Part shown: positions 1 to 11,569 of the stretch, piece by piece | How positions within the stretch are numbered: position 1 is the stretch's first letter | Layout: the number at the start of each line of letters is the position of its first letter | Source: Scenedesmus sp. PABB004 | Taxonomy: Eukaryota | Assembly (NCBI GenBank): GCA_014905635.1 | Contig: JABVCE010000003.1 | Location: 1,550,001 to 1,614,000, forward strand | Direction: 5' to 3' | Length of the DNA stretch: 64,000 nucleotides | The notes under the pieces: model-generated | What the model saw: only the letters and a program-made list of their open reading frames with translations | Told to the model about the DNA's origin: nothing | Database searches by the model: none | Translations under genes and position numbers: made by a program

Positions 1-1408
1 TCGGCAAAGGGAGCAAAGTCGAGCGGCGCCTGCACGCCGCCGACGGCGCACACGCGCGCCACGGCGTCGGCAAACGCGGCCGCGCTCGCGGCCGCCATCG
101 CAGGGCCGCCTGCGGGCGGGCGGGCGGGCGCGGCGCGCGGCGCCGGGGGCGCGCTCGGCGCGGCGCGGCGGCGGCGCGCCCGGCCCGCGCCGGCGCGCGC
201 GCGCGCCCGCTGCGCCCCCGGCCCGCGCCGCGCACCCGGGCCGTCCCAGTCGAGAAACGCCGGGCCGGGCACGCCAAACCTGAAGCCCTCGCTCGGCGGC
301 GGTGGCGGCGGCAGGCCCTTGAGCGGGCTGCTGCGCCGCCACACGTCGGCCGCTCCCGCGTCGCCGGTCTCCATGATGGCCATCAGCGCCGCGCCGTCGG
401 CGACGCTGCGCGCAAAAACGGTCAGGCAGTCGAGCGACGCGCACGCGGGGACGACGCCTGCGCGCGGCGGCGGCAGAGCGCGGCGGCGCGCCGAACTGGT
501 TGCCGCACGCCGCGGCCTCCCGCCCGGCACAACCTCCCGCCCCCGCCGGCCGCCGCCGCCGGCGCGTGCTGCCCGCCCTGATGGACGCTCCCGCGCCGCG
601 GCGACTCCCGCACGCACCCACGGTGCTGATCTTGCCGAGGGTGCCCTTCAGCCCCACGCAGCCGTTGTAGCCCGCCGGCACGCGGCCGCTGCCCGCGGTG
701 TCGGTGCCGAGCGCAAACGACAGCAGCCCCGCGCCGACGGCGGCCGCGCTGCCGCTGGAGGAGCCGCCGGGGATGAATCGGTCGTCAAAGGCGTTGGCGG
801 CGACGCCGTGCGGGCTGCGCGTGCCGACGAGGCCGCTCGCAAACTGGTCCAGGTTGGTCTTGCCAACGTTGATGCCGCCTGGTGGTGGTGGGTGGTGGTG
901 TGTGTGTGTGTGGGGGGGGGGGGGTGGGCGGGCGCGCGGCGGCGGCGGCGGCGCGGCGTCAGGGCGTCGCTGCCGTGCGCGCGCGCACAACGGTGCGCAG
1001 GAGGAGCACGCACGACCGCGCGCGCGAGCGAGCGAGGGGCCCAGCGCCCCCGCAGCCCCGGCGCGCACCGGCGTCCTCGAGCGCCTGCACCGCGACCGCG
1101 GTCGCGGCGGGCACGTAGGAGAAGGCGGGGCACGCGGCGGTGGTGGGCATGCCGGCGACGTCGACGTTGTCCTTTGTCGCAAACGGCACGCCCCACAGCG
1201 CGCCGCGCTCGCCCGCCGGCTGCGCCTCGAGCGCCGCCGCGCGCGCGAGCAGCGCCTCGAGCGGCGCGAGGTGGATGAACACGGCCCGCGCACCCGCGAG
1301 GCGGGGGTACAGCGCGCGCACCAGCCCGCTCGGCGTGGCGGCGCCGCTCGCGTACGCCGCCGCGAGGCTGGCCAGGTCCATCGCCGGCAGCTCCTGCTCC
1401 GCCGCCAT
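1..1408 (-). CDS. Allophanate hydrolase, amidase-signature domain (AtzF/DUR2-like); multi-exon, 3' part runs off the window start
   Basis: Spliced translation [12 protein letters not shown]...[28 protein letters not shown]...[20 protein letters not shown]...[12 protein letters not shown]...[21 protein letters not shown]...[10 protein letters not shown]. It shows the amidase Lys-cisSer-Ser motifs and the AH-typical [14 protein letters not shown]. Confidence 0.9.
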
Positions 1409-2121
1409 CGCGGCTGCTGGTGCTGGTGCTGCTGCTGCTGGCCTGCTGCACCCGGTGGGAGGGGGAGGGGGGTGGGGAGGGGCGGCGCGCGGGCGTGAGG
1501 GCCGCCGTCCCACCGGGGGTTGCGGCAGCAGCGGCCGCGCGAGCACGGTGGCGGCGGCGGCCCGGCGGCGGCGGCTGCAGCGCCCCGCGGCCTCTGCGAC
1601 CGGGGGTGCACGGTGAGGGAGCGCAGGGCGGCTGGCGTGCCGTCCCGCCCGCCCAAGCAGCAGCACGGGGGCGTGGGCCCCCGTGACAGCCCCAGCGCGG
1701 CGCCGCGGCCGGGCGGCTGCGGCGCGGATGCAAGAGCGCGCCAGCAGCAACCGCTGGACGCGGCCGCCCGCCCGCGGCGCTCACTCACCGCGGCCTTTGG
1801 TGCGGATCGCGCGTTCAGCGGCGCGTGGGGCGCTGCGCTGCAGCGGTGAGTGAGCGCCTGCTCCTGGCGATGGGCCGTGCTGGTGCGGCGCGAGTGCGAC
1901 GCGTGCGGAGGTGGCTGGGTGATTCAGAGCACAGGAGGGCTTGGGGTCCTGCCGCTGCGCCGTGTTCTGCCAGCCCGGCGTCCCCACGTGCCGCCGCGCC
2001 GCCCAGCGCCCGCCCTCACAGCCTTCCAGCTCCAGGGTTGCCCGCGCCGACCCGTGCGCGCCTGCGGCACCGGCGGTGACACTCGCAGCAGCGACGGTGC
2101 GCGCCGGCGGCGGCCGCCGCG

Positions 2122-2809
2122 ATGTCCGCGATGCTCCAGCTCGCCGTGGCGGGCGCGCACCTGACGGGCCTGCCGCTCAACCACCAGCTGACCGAGCTGG
2201 GGGCGCGCCTGGTCCGCACCGTGCGCACGGCACCCGTGTACAGTGAGCGCGCTGGCGGGCGGGCGGCGGCCGCGCGCGGGGGCGCGGCCCGCGGCGCGGC
2301 CGGCCGCGGCGCCGCGCCGGCGCGGCCACCAGCAGCAGCAGGGGCACCATCATGCCTGACCCAGCGCGTCGCGCACCGCCCCGCCAGAGATGTACAGCCT
2401 GGGCCCCAAGCCCGCGCTCATCCGGCAGGCGCCGGGCAGCGCCGGCGGCGGCAGCATCGAGCTGGAGGTGTGGGAGCTGCCGATCGAGAAAGTGGGGTGC
2501 GTGGCGCGCCGGCGCTCGCCCGGGGTGGCGGCAAGCGCTGCGCTGCGGCGCTCTGGTGTGTTCGTGCGCTGCAGCGCCGACGCTGGCCGCGCGCCCACGG
2601 CCCGCCTGCGCCGCCGATCCCCCCCCCTGCGGACACGCGGCAGCTACTTCCTGCGTGACGGCGTCAAGGAGCCGCTGGGCATCGGCGACGTGCTGCTGGA
2701 GGACGAGAGCACGGTCAAGGGCTTCATCGGCGAGGCCTACGCGGTCGCGGGCGCGCCCGACATCACGTCGCACGGCGGCTGGCGCGCCTACCTCGCGGCC
2801 AAGCAGTAG
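2122..2809 (+). CDS. Stand-alone allophanate hydrolase C-terminal domain protein (exons 2122-2242, 2388-2496, 2644-2809)
   Basis: Spliced [45 protein letters not shown]...KPALIR...IELEVWELP...PLGIGDVLLEDESTVKGFIGE...DITSHGGWRAYL matches the AH C-domain motifs (GAHL.G.PLN.QL, EVW.L, PLG.G.V.L.DG..V.GF, DIT..GGWRAY). Both GT-AG introns keep the frame. Confidence 0.88.
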
Positions 2810-2811
2810 CT

Positions 2812-2888
2812 GTGGCACAGCAGCAGCTGTAGCAGCAACAGCAGCAGCTGTGGCAGCAACAGCAGCAGCTGTGGCAGCAACAGCAGCG
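2812..2888. repeat. Tandem repeat, ~21-bp unit (gctgtggcagcaacagcagca) x ~3.5, in the 3' UTR region
   Basis: Direct reading of the sequence. Confidence 0.75.
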
Positions 2889-3034
2889 TCTGCAGCACAC
2901 GCGCCCGCGTGCGCAGCTGCGGCGCTGTGCCTGGCTGCGACCGGCCGACGGCGGCCACATTCCTTGCGGGCGGGGGCGCACGTTGCGGGCCGTAACCACC
3001 CGGGCCTGGCTGGTCACACGGAGTCCGACACAGC

Positions 3035-4225
3035 TCACGCGCCGCTGTTTGAGTTGGCCGTCAGGAACCGCCAGAAGCCGCCGCCCTGCGGCGCCGCCTG
3101 CGGTGCCGCCGCCTGCTGCGCCGCTGCCGCCTGCTGCGGTGCCTGCTGCACCGCCACCTGCTGCACCGCCGCCTGCGGCTGGCCCCGCGCCGCCGCGAGG
3201 CACTGGTCGGCCGCGAGCCAGAGCTTGGCCAGCTGCTCCGCGAGCACTGCCGCGCTCGGCCGCGCCTCGGGCGCGTCCGCGGCCGCCCACAGCCCGAGCG
3301 CCAGCAGCCGCTCGCCCGCGGCGGCGTCCCACGCGCCCGCGCGCGCGTCGAGCAGGCCCGCACCCTCGCCTGCACCGAGCGCTGCGCGCGCGCGCGGGAC
3401 GAGGTCGTGCAGCCGCTCCAGCGCGCCCGTCGCCAGCTGCAGCAGGCTCACGCCAAGCGCGTACACGTCAAGGGCCAGCCCAACCACGCCGCTGCTGCGG
3501 TACTCGGGCGGCAGGTAGGGGAACGTGCCGACCATCAGCGTCTCCCCCGCCGCACCGCCGCCGCCGCCGCCGCCGGCGCCGCCGCCGCGCCGGCCCCGCG
3601 CGCCGGGTGCGAGGTCTGTGAGCGGCGCCGCGAGGCCAAAGTCGCCGAGCTTGGCGTTGAGGCGGCCGTCGAGGAAGATGTTTGCCGGCTTGATGTCGCG
3701 GTGCAGCAGCGGCCCGCACCGCTCGGGCGGCAGGCCGTGCAGGTACGCGACCGCCGACGCCGCCTGCGCCGCGACGCGCAGGCGCAGCCACCACGGCAGC
3801 GCGCTGCGCCCCGACTGCGGCGCGCGCGCGCGGGCGCGCACGGCACGGGCACGGGCGGGCACGGGCGGGGCGGGGCGGCCGCATCGGCGCCCGCCCGCCG
3901 CCGCCGGGCGTTGGCGCTGCCGCGGCCGCTGCCGCTGCCGCGCGTGCGCGCGCACCTGCACCGCGAGCTGCTCCTCCACGTTGCCGCCGGGCATGAGCTC
4001 GTACAGCAGGCAGCGCAGCGGCGGCGCGGCGCTGCGGCAGACGCCGAGCAGGCGCACGAGGTGCGCGTGGCTCAGCCGCGGCAGCAGGCGCAGCTCGTTG
4101 TCAAACTCGGCCGTGCCCTGCAGCCCGTCCGCCGCCATGACCTGCGCCCGCGCGCGCGGTCGGCGCCGCGGTCGGCGCCGCGGTCGGCGCCGCGGTCGGC
4201 GCCGCGCCGCGCCGCAGCCCCACCC

Positions 4226-4256
<31 letters not shown>

Positions 4257-4393
4257 GCCTTGATCGCGACGGGTCGGTTGTGCAGCATGCCGCGGAAGAC
4301 GCGGCCAAAGCCGCCCTCCCCCACGACCGCGAGCTCGTGGAAGCCGCCGGTCGCGAGCGCGATCTGAGACGGCGACACCTCCGGCACGCCCAT
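3035..4393 (-). CDS. RLK/Pelle (IRAK-like) receptor-like cytoplasmic Ser/Thr kinase; introns 4142-4258 (GC-AG) and 3815-3955
   Basis: ATGGF...VGEGGFGRVFRG, VAIK, EFDNEL, HLVRLLG, LLYELMPGG, LPWWLRLRVA, HRDIKPANIFLD, LGDFGLA, GTFPYLPPEY, DVYALG motifs. Confidence 0.88.
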
Positions 4394-4887
4394 GCCGCCG
4401 CTGCTGGGGCGGCTGGCGCGGCTGGCGCTGCGGCGGCGGCGCGAGCGCCGAGCCGCCGGCGACCCCTCGCGGCCTCCCCAGCTCCCCGCCTCGCTCCTTG
4501 CAGCGGCGGTCCCGCGCCCGCTCCCTCCCGTACGCAGGCGCGGCAGCTGCAGCGGTTGGCGGCGGCGGGCGGGCTGCGCGCGCGCGCGGGAGCTGTGGCG
4601 CTGGCGGTGAGGGTGAGCCTAGCTCAGGTCGGCGGGCGGCCGGGGTGAGGAGGGCAGGTGTGCGCGCGGCGGCGGCGCGGCGCTCCGCAGCGGCGACAGC
4701 AGCGGCAGGTCAGCGGGCGCGAGACAGGGGGCGGTCTCTCAGCTCATCGGTGGCGCACAGCCGCCACTCGGTGCCCGTGCCCGCGCAGCGCCGCCGCCGT
4801 TCTCGCTCGGGCCGGAGCGCCTGCCGCATCCGCCCGCGCCAGGCTGTGCACGGCCGCAGGGGCTCCCCGGCGCATCCCAGCGGCACC

Positions 4888-7800
4888 ATGGCACCCAAGA
4901 AGGTCGTGGACCCGGACAAGGCCGCCAAGGCGAAGGCCAAGCAGAAGGTGGGCGCGCATCACCTGCTGCGGCGCGGCCAATCGGGGCAGCCCGGCGCGCG
5001 GCGCCCGTCACGGGGCAGCGGTATCGGGAGCCGGCCGCGGCCGAACGCGCCGGCGGGCACGGCGGCCCCGGCGGCGGCCGCTGCGGCGGCTGCAGCGGCA
5101 GCAGCGGCGGCCGGGCGCGCGCGGCGCGGCAGCGCAGGGCGGCTGGCGCGCCGTCCCTGCAGCGCCGAGCCGGGCCGGCAACAGCATCCGGCGTGGGCCC
5201 CCGTGACAGCGACAGCGCCAGCGCCGCGGCCCGGCTGCACGAGCGCGCGCCCGCGGCGCCCCCGGCGCGTCGCCGCCCGCCCGCGGCGCGGCGCGGCGCT
5301 CGCATCGGTGGGGGTCGGCGTGCCAGCGGCGCGTCGAGCCTTGATCGTTCAGCGTTGGGCGGGCGCTGCGGCGACGCCGGCGGGCCGGCGCGCACCTGAG
5401 CGCCCGCGCGCCCCTCCGCGCCCCGCCGCGCCCGCCAGGCCGCCGAGGACAAGACGTTTGGCCTGAAGAACAAGAACAAGAGCGCCAAGGTCCAGAAGTG
5501 AGCGGCCGCGCCGTTGTGCTTACGGCACACCGTGGTCCGCCGCGCACGCGGCGGCAGCGGGCGCGCGCGCCCGCCGTGCGCGCTCCGACGCGTCTCGGCG
5601 CGCCACGGCGCGCAGGTATGTCCAGGGCGTCGCGAGCAGCAACGTCGGCGTGAGCACCAAGGACAAGCGCGCGCAGGAGGCGGCGGAGAAGGCCAAGCGG
5701 GTGCGGCAGCGGGGGCGCAACGGCGCCGGCGGGCGCAGCGGGCGGCGACGCAACGGGCGGCGGCGCGGCGGGCGGCGGAGCGGCGCGCCGAGTGCGCCCC
5801 GGCCCCGCGCTCCCCGCGCGCGCTCCCCGCAGGACAAGAAGGAGGCGGAGGAGCGGCGCAAGAAGGAGCTGGCGGAGCTCTTTGCGACGACGATCAAGCA
5901 GCCCAAGGTCCCCGCCGGCGTCGACCCCAAGAGCGTGGTCTGCGAGTTCTTCCGGCACGGGCAGTGCACCAAGGGCTTCAAGTGCAAGTACAGGTGCGCG
6001 CACGGTGGCCGAGCGCCGCCGGGGGGCTGGCCGGCCCGCCGCGCCGCCCGTGTCGCGCGGGCGCGCTGCGCCGGCGCCGCCGCGCGCCCCCTCGCCCTCC
6101 CCCCAACACACCCGCACCCACCCACCTGTCCACCCACCCACCTACCCGTCCACCCGCACAAACACACCCGCCCGCCCGCGCGCAGCCACGACCTGGCTGT
6201 CGAGCGCAAGACCGCCAAGATCGACCTCTTCACCGACCAGCGCGAGCTCGGCAAGGACGGCGAGGAGGTGCGGTGCGCGCGCGCTGTCGCGTGCCGCGTG
6301 CGCCGTGGGCGTGTGCGCTGTGTGCGTGCATTGTGCTTGTACGTGCATGCGCGTGCGTGGCGGCGCGCCGACGCCGACGCCGCGCGCGCTGCACACCCAT
6401 CGCGCGCGCTGCGCACCCACCGCGCAGGGCATGGAGGACTGGGACCAGGCGACGCTGGAGAAGGTGGTCGCGGAGAAGCACGGGTCTGAGAAGCCGAGCA
6501 ACGCGACGAGCATCATCTGCAAGTTCTTCCTCGACGCCGTGGAGAAGCGCCAGTACGGCTGGTTCTGGAAGGTGGGTGAGGGTGGGTGCCATTGGTGGGC
6601 GCGTGCGCGTTTGTGTGTGGGTGGGGGTGGGGGGGGGGGGGGGGAGTCGCGGCGCGGCGGCGCGCGGCGGGGCCCCGCAGGCAGCGGGGCGGCCGCGGCC
6701 GCGGGGGCGGCTGCACGGGCGGCGCGCGACGCCGCGCCGCGCCGCGCCGCGCGCCGCCGCGCCCGCAGTGCCCCAACGGCAGCGACTGCAAGTACAAGTG
6801 CGCGGCGGCGGCCGCGCGCGCGGCGCGGCGGCCGTGCTGGCAGCGCGCGGCGCGCGCGCTTGCTGACCCGCCGCCCGCCGCGCCCGCCGCGGTGCGCGGC
6901 CAGGCACGCGCTGCCGCCGGGGTACGTGCTCAAGAGCCAGATGAAGGAGCTGCTGGAGGAGGAGGCGGCCAAGAACTCGCGGGACATCACCGAGGTCATC
7001 GAGGAGGAGCGCGCCAAGGTGGTCGCCAAGACGGCCATCACCGAGGAGGTGCGCACGCGCGCGGCGGCCGCGGCGGCGCGGTGCAGGGAGAGGCGGCGGC
7101 GCGCAGCAGGGAAAGGCGGCGGCGGCGGCGGCGGAGTGGCGGCGGGCGGCAGGCGCGGGGGCGGCGGCGAGCAGCGCGCCGCCGCCGCGCGCGGCGCGCA
7201 GGTGTTTGCCGGCTGGCACGCGAAGAAGCGCGCGGAGCGCGAGGCGCGGCGCACGGCGGCGCTGGAGGAGCGCAAGAAGAAGGCGCGGCGCCGCGCTGCG
7301 GCGCTGGCGCGCGCGCTGGCTGCGGCGGCGCGAGCCGCCGCGCTGCCCGCGCGCGCCGCCGCGCCCGCGCGCGCGTGCGCCGCCGCCCACGCCCACGTGC
7401 GCGCGTGGTCCGCGCCTGCCTCTTCAGGGCCTGCTCAACGGGCGTGAGATCTTCCTCTCTGACAACTTTGTCGCGACCGACGACGCGGCCGCGGGCGGCG
7501 CGGACGAGTACGCGCGCGAGGACGACGACGAGGCGCGCATCAACGACATGTTTGAGCAGGCGCGGCGGCGCGGCGCGGCGCGCGGCGCGCGGCGCGGGGC
7601 AGCGGGGCACCACGGCGCGGGGCGCGGAGGGGGGGGGGCGGCGCGCGGCGCGGCGCGGCGCGGCGCGGGGCGACGTGCAGACGCCCGCGGGCGCCCGCCG
7701 CGCGGGCACGCGCGCAGGCGCGCAAGGCGCAGCAGGCGGCGGCCGAGCAGGCGGCTGCGGCGCCCGCGGCCGACGCGGCGGGCGCGGGGCCCAGCAGCAG

Positions 7801-7975
7801 CGCCGCGGCGGGCGGCGACGGCGGCGCCGGCGGCGCCGCCGCCACGGCGCTCGCGCTGGACGCCGACGACGCGGCGCTGTTTGACGACAGCGAGGAGCTG
7901 GACGACGAGGACCTGGACGACGAGGAGCTGGAGCAGTTGGAACAGCGATTGGGGAAGGGCGCGGCCGTGAAGTGA
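4888..7975 (+). CDS. ZC3H15: CCCH zinc-finger protein ZC3H15/TMA46/DFRP1 homolog (~11 exons)
   Basis: [100 protein letters not shown], GREIF, acidic C-terminal tail. Confidence 0.93.
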
Positions 7976-8235
7976 GGGCGGCGCGGCGCGGCACCCCTCA
8001 CGCGCGGGCGGCCCGCGCCGGCGCGGCAGTCAGCAGGGCGGCCGGCCGGCGCGCGGCGCGCGCGTCTGTGGCGCAGCGTGCGTGCGAGCAGGTAGCACAT
8101 GCAGCAGAGGGGCATCTGATCGTTGCGGACGCGGCGTGACTGGTTGCTGAACCCTCGTCGTTTGACCTCGCGGACCGCGCGCGACAGACGCTGTCCAGCA
8201 CCGCCGGTCGCCTCCAGACCAGCTCGCCTTGCGCC

Positions 8236-8465
8236 CGCCCTCGCATCCCCACACCTCGCATCCGCACGGCCAGCGCCGCCCCACGCGGCACGCGGCGCCG
8301 GCGGCCCGCGCAGCAGTGCGGCCAGTCCCTGCGGGCGTTTGGAGCAGACAGGGAGCTGGCGCCGCGCGCGTAGAGACCGGGACCAGCGCGCCGACGGCGA
8401 GGCGCGGCCCAGGTGCGGCGGGGCGGGGGCGGGATGCCAGCGACTGCTGCTCGGCGCGCCCGCGC
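8236..8465 (+). repeat. Dispersed repeat family A, diverged partial copy
   Basis: Shares ...gggagctgg...gcgtagagaccgg...ggcgaggcgcggccc.ggtgcggcggggcgggggcgggatgcc with the copies at 36611-36923 and 59955-60295(-). Confidence 0.7.
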
Positions 8466-8644
8466 CATGGCCCGCCCCCGCGCGCCGTGCTGTGCTGGTA
8501 CAGCTCAGCTAGTCCGCGGGCTCATCTGGCGCCACGCAGCGCTCCTCAGGCTGCCGCGCAGAGCTTGCAGCAGCGGTTGGCGCCGCCGCCCCGCCGCGAC
8601 GCCCGCCGCCCCGCCGCCCACAGGCGCCAAGCGAGCACGCCGCC

Positions 8645-11457
8645 ATGGCCCAGGAGTTCCACGTCACCTGCTGGGTGCCCAAGGTGCGTGCGCACGCTCG
8701 CCAGCCAGGCGCTGGCTGCCCATGCGTCGCTGCAACCTGCACGCGCCCGCCGCCGCAGGTGCCGCCGACGGCGGCGCAGCAGCCCGCCCCCTGGCGGCCC
8801 GCGGGGAGCAACAGCCTGCACTCCACGGGCGCCGGCGATGCCGCCGCCACCGTGCGCAGCAGCCGCCTGTTCCGGCAGCTGGCCGGCGCGCCGCAGCAGG
8901 CCGCGCGCCCGCCCTCGCCCGCGGCAGAGCAGGCGCCCCGGGACGGGCCGCTGCGCGATAGCCGCATCTTCAAGCCGCGGCAGCACCAGCACCAGCCGCA
9001 GCAGCCGCAGCCCAGCAGACGCGGCCGCGCGGCCGGCGCTGCGGCGGCGGACAAGGAGAACGCCCCGCTGCGCAGCAGCCGCCTGTTCAAGGCCGGCGTC
9101 GGCGTCGGCGGGGCGCCGGCGCGCGCGGCGCCGGCGCGCACGGCGCTGGGCGGCCTGCGCGCCGTGCAGCAGGACCAGCAGGGCCGCGGCGGGGCCTGGC
9201 CCAGCGGGGGCGGCGTGCTGCAGCTGCTCGTGCCCCTCGGCACGCCGGCCGGCACGCCCGGGACCCAGCTGCGCTACGCGGCCGCGGCCGAGAGCAGCAG
9301 CACCGGCAGCGCCGCCGCCACGGCCAGCGGCAGCAGCGCCAGTGGCGGCCGCGCCTTTGGCGCCGCCCGGCGCCCCAGCCCGCCCAGCTCGCACTTTGTG
9401 TGCACCGGCAGCGGCGCGGGCGGCGGCGGCGGCGCCAGCCCCGGCCGCAAGCGGCGCGAGGCGCGCCAGGCCCGCGAGGCGGCGGCCGCGGTGCAGGCGC
9501 TGCTGTGGCAGGGCCAGCAGCTGTACCAACACCAGCAGCAGCGGGCGCCGACGCCGCGTGGACCGCAGGCGAGCCCAGCGCCCGCGTTTGCCGGCGGCGG
9601 GGACGCCTGCCTGACGCCCAGCAGCAGCGGCAGCAACGCGCTCCGGGAGCGGGGTGGCAGCGCGTGGGCGCCGTCCACCGGCGGCGCCGCGAGCGCCTGG
9701 CCGTCGAGCTCGCGGCAGAGCCCCGGCAGCTGCGGCGGCAGCGCGTGGAGCGGCGGCGCCAGCAGCGCGGCGGCGGCGTTGCGCGAGCCGGCTGCCAGCG
9801 ACGGGCTCTCAGTGCAGGACAGCGGCAGCAGCAGCAGCAGCAGCAGCAGCGGCGAAGCTAGGTGGGAGCCCCACGCAGAGGCGCTGCGTGCGGAGGCAGC
9901 AGGGGAGGCGGCGGCGTCACCCTGCCAGCTTGAGGGTGGGCAGCCGCCGCCGCAGCCGCCGTCGCAGCCGTCGCCGCAGCCGCCGCCGTCACCGCCATCG
10001 CCGCAGCGCCTGGCGGAGGGGCCGGCGGCGGCACCACAGCCCCTGGACGACGCGGCTGCGCCGCCGTCGCCCGCCGCGCGCAACGCCGCGAGCGCTGCGG
10101 CCAGCTACCGGGCGCTGCTGTGCTCGGCGCAGGCGCTTGTGACCAACTCGGAGCTGGCGTGGCTGAAGCTGAATAACTACCATCGGCAGCGCATCAGCGG
10201 TGAGGGGGCGCCGCGGCGAGGCGCGCCGCCGGGGCCGGACGCCCGACGCCCGCCGCGGCGCCCCTGTCCCTGCCCCTGCCCGCAGGCCCGCTGCCCGGCA
10301 GCCCGCTGCGCACGCCCGCGCGGCCGCTCAGCCGCATGGGCAGCGCCGCCAAGCAGCCGCCGGCGCAGGAGCAGCCGTCGGCGCCACTCCAGACGCCAAG
10401 CCGGGCGGGGCTGGGCGTGCTGCAGTTCAGCAGCCCCGCGCCGCTGGGCCGCCTGCTCGGCGGCGGGCTCGGCGGCATCGTGCTGCCAGGCTCCCCCGCG
10501 CGCACGCCCGGGGTGCGGCACTCGTCGCCGGGCGTCATGCTGACGTGCCTCACCGGCGCCAGCGGCCTCGCGACGCAGCCCGCGGCGCTGCGCAGCGCGC
10601 GCAGCAGCTCGCTGCGCGGCGACGGCCCCGGCGGCGCTGCGGGCCCGTGGCCCTCCTTGCAGGAGCCGCCCACGTCGCCGGCGGGCACCGTGTTCCTCAC
10701 CCCCGGCGCCGGCGCGGGCTCGGGCGCCAGCGGCGGCCCCGCAGCGGCCAGCGACGACGCGCCGTCGCGCAGCCCGTGGTGGCGTGCTGCGGCGGCGGCG
10801 GAGCAGCCGGCCGCGTGTGCTGGCAGGGCTGGCGGCGGCGGTGCAGACGATGGCGTCGTGCCGCGCGTGCTGTTTGGCGGGCTCGACGGCGCCAGCCCGG
10901 CGACAGCGCGGCGGCCCTGCCCCAGCCCCGAGGCGTTCCCGTTTGGCTGCGGCAGCGCCCAGGCTGCGCAGGCGGCGCCGGCGCAGCAGCCGCGCATGCG
11001 AGCTGATGCCGGCGGCGGCGTGCACGGCGCCAGCCCCCCGAGCGACAGCGCTGCAGCGCAGGCGCCCACAGACCAGGAATGCTGGTCTGTGCACACCAAC
11101 TGGGCGGCCGACGGTCTTGACATGCAGCACCCCGCGGCGCCGCCGGCGCCCGCGGCGCGGCTCGGGGACGGCCGTGGCGGCGCCACGCGGCCGCCGCTGG
11201 CGCCCCTCGGAGCCGACCGGCAGCGGGGCGATGCGGCGGGCGAGGTTTTGCTGGCGGTGGTGCGCGGCATCGAGAACCTCAGCCCCGCTGACGCGGCGCT
11301 CGCGTGCGAGCGCCTGGCGGCCCGGGCGAAGGCCGCGCGCGGCCACGGCGGCGGGGCGTCGCGGCCAGCGCTGACCAGCCGGGCGGACGTCGGCATGGTG
11401 CTGCCCTCGCCGACCGGCTGCGGGCGCTGGGCCGGCGCGTGCGGGGGCGGCAAGTGA
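8645..11457 (+). CDS. Hypothetical low-complexity (Ala/Pro/Ser/Gly) protein, probably 3 exons
   Basis: gccATGg start; plausible introns ~8684-8758 and ~10200-10285; long ORFs with coding-like codon usage; TGTAA at 11524 downstream; no recognisable domain. Confidence 0.55.
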
Positions 11458-11521
11458 CCAGCGGCGGCGGCGGGCGATCGCAGCGTGCGCGGGGGGCGAC
11501 GGTCGGGGGTCGTGGCGGCAC

Positions 11522-11537
11522 GGTGTAAAGTTACACC
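11522..11537. terminator. Back-to-back TGTAA polyadenylation signals (GGTGTAA-AG-TTACACC) between convergent genes
   Basis: TGTAA (chlorophyte poly(A) signal) on + at 11524-11528 and on - at 11531-11535, lying between the stops at 11457(+) and 11570(-). Confidence 0.7.
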
Positions 11538-11569
11538 TCGTTGGATGGGCCCCGTCAGCTGCTGCCGCG

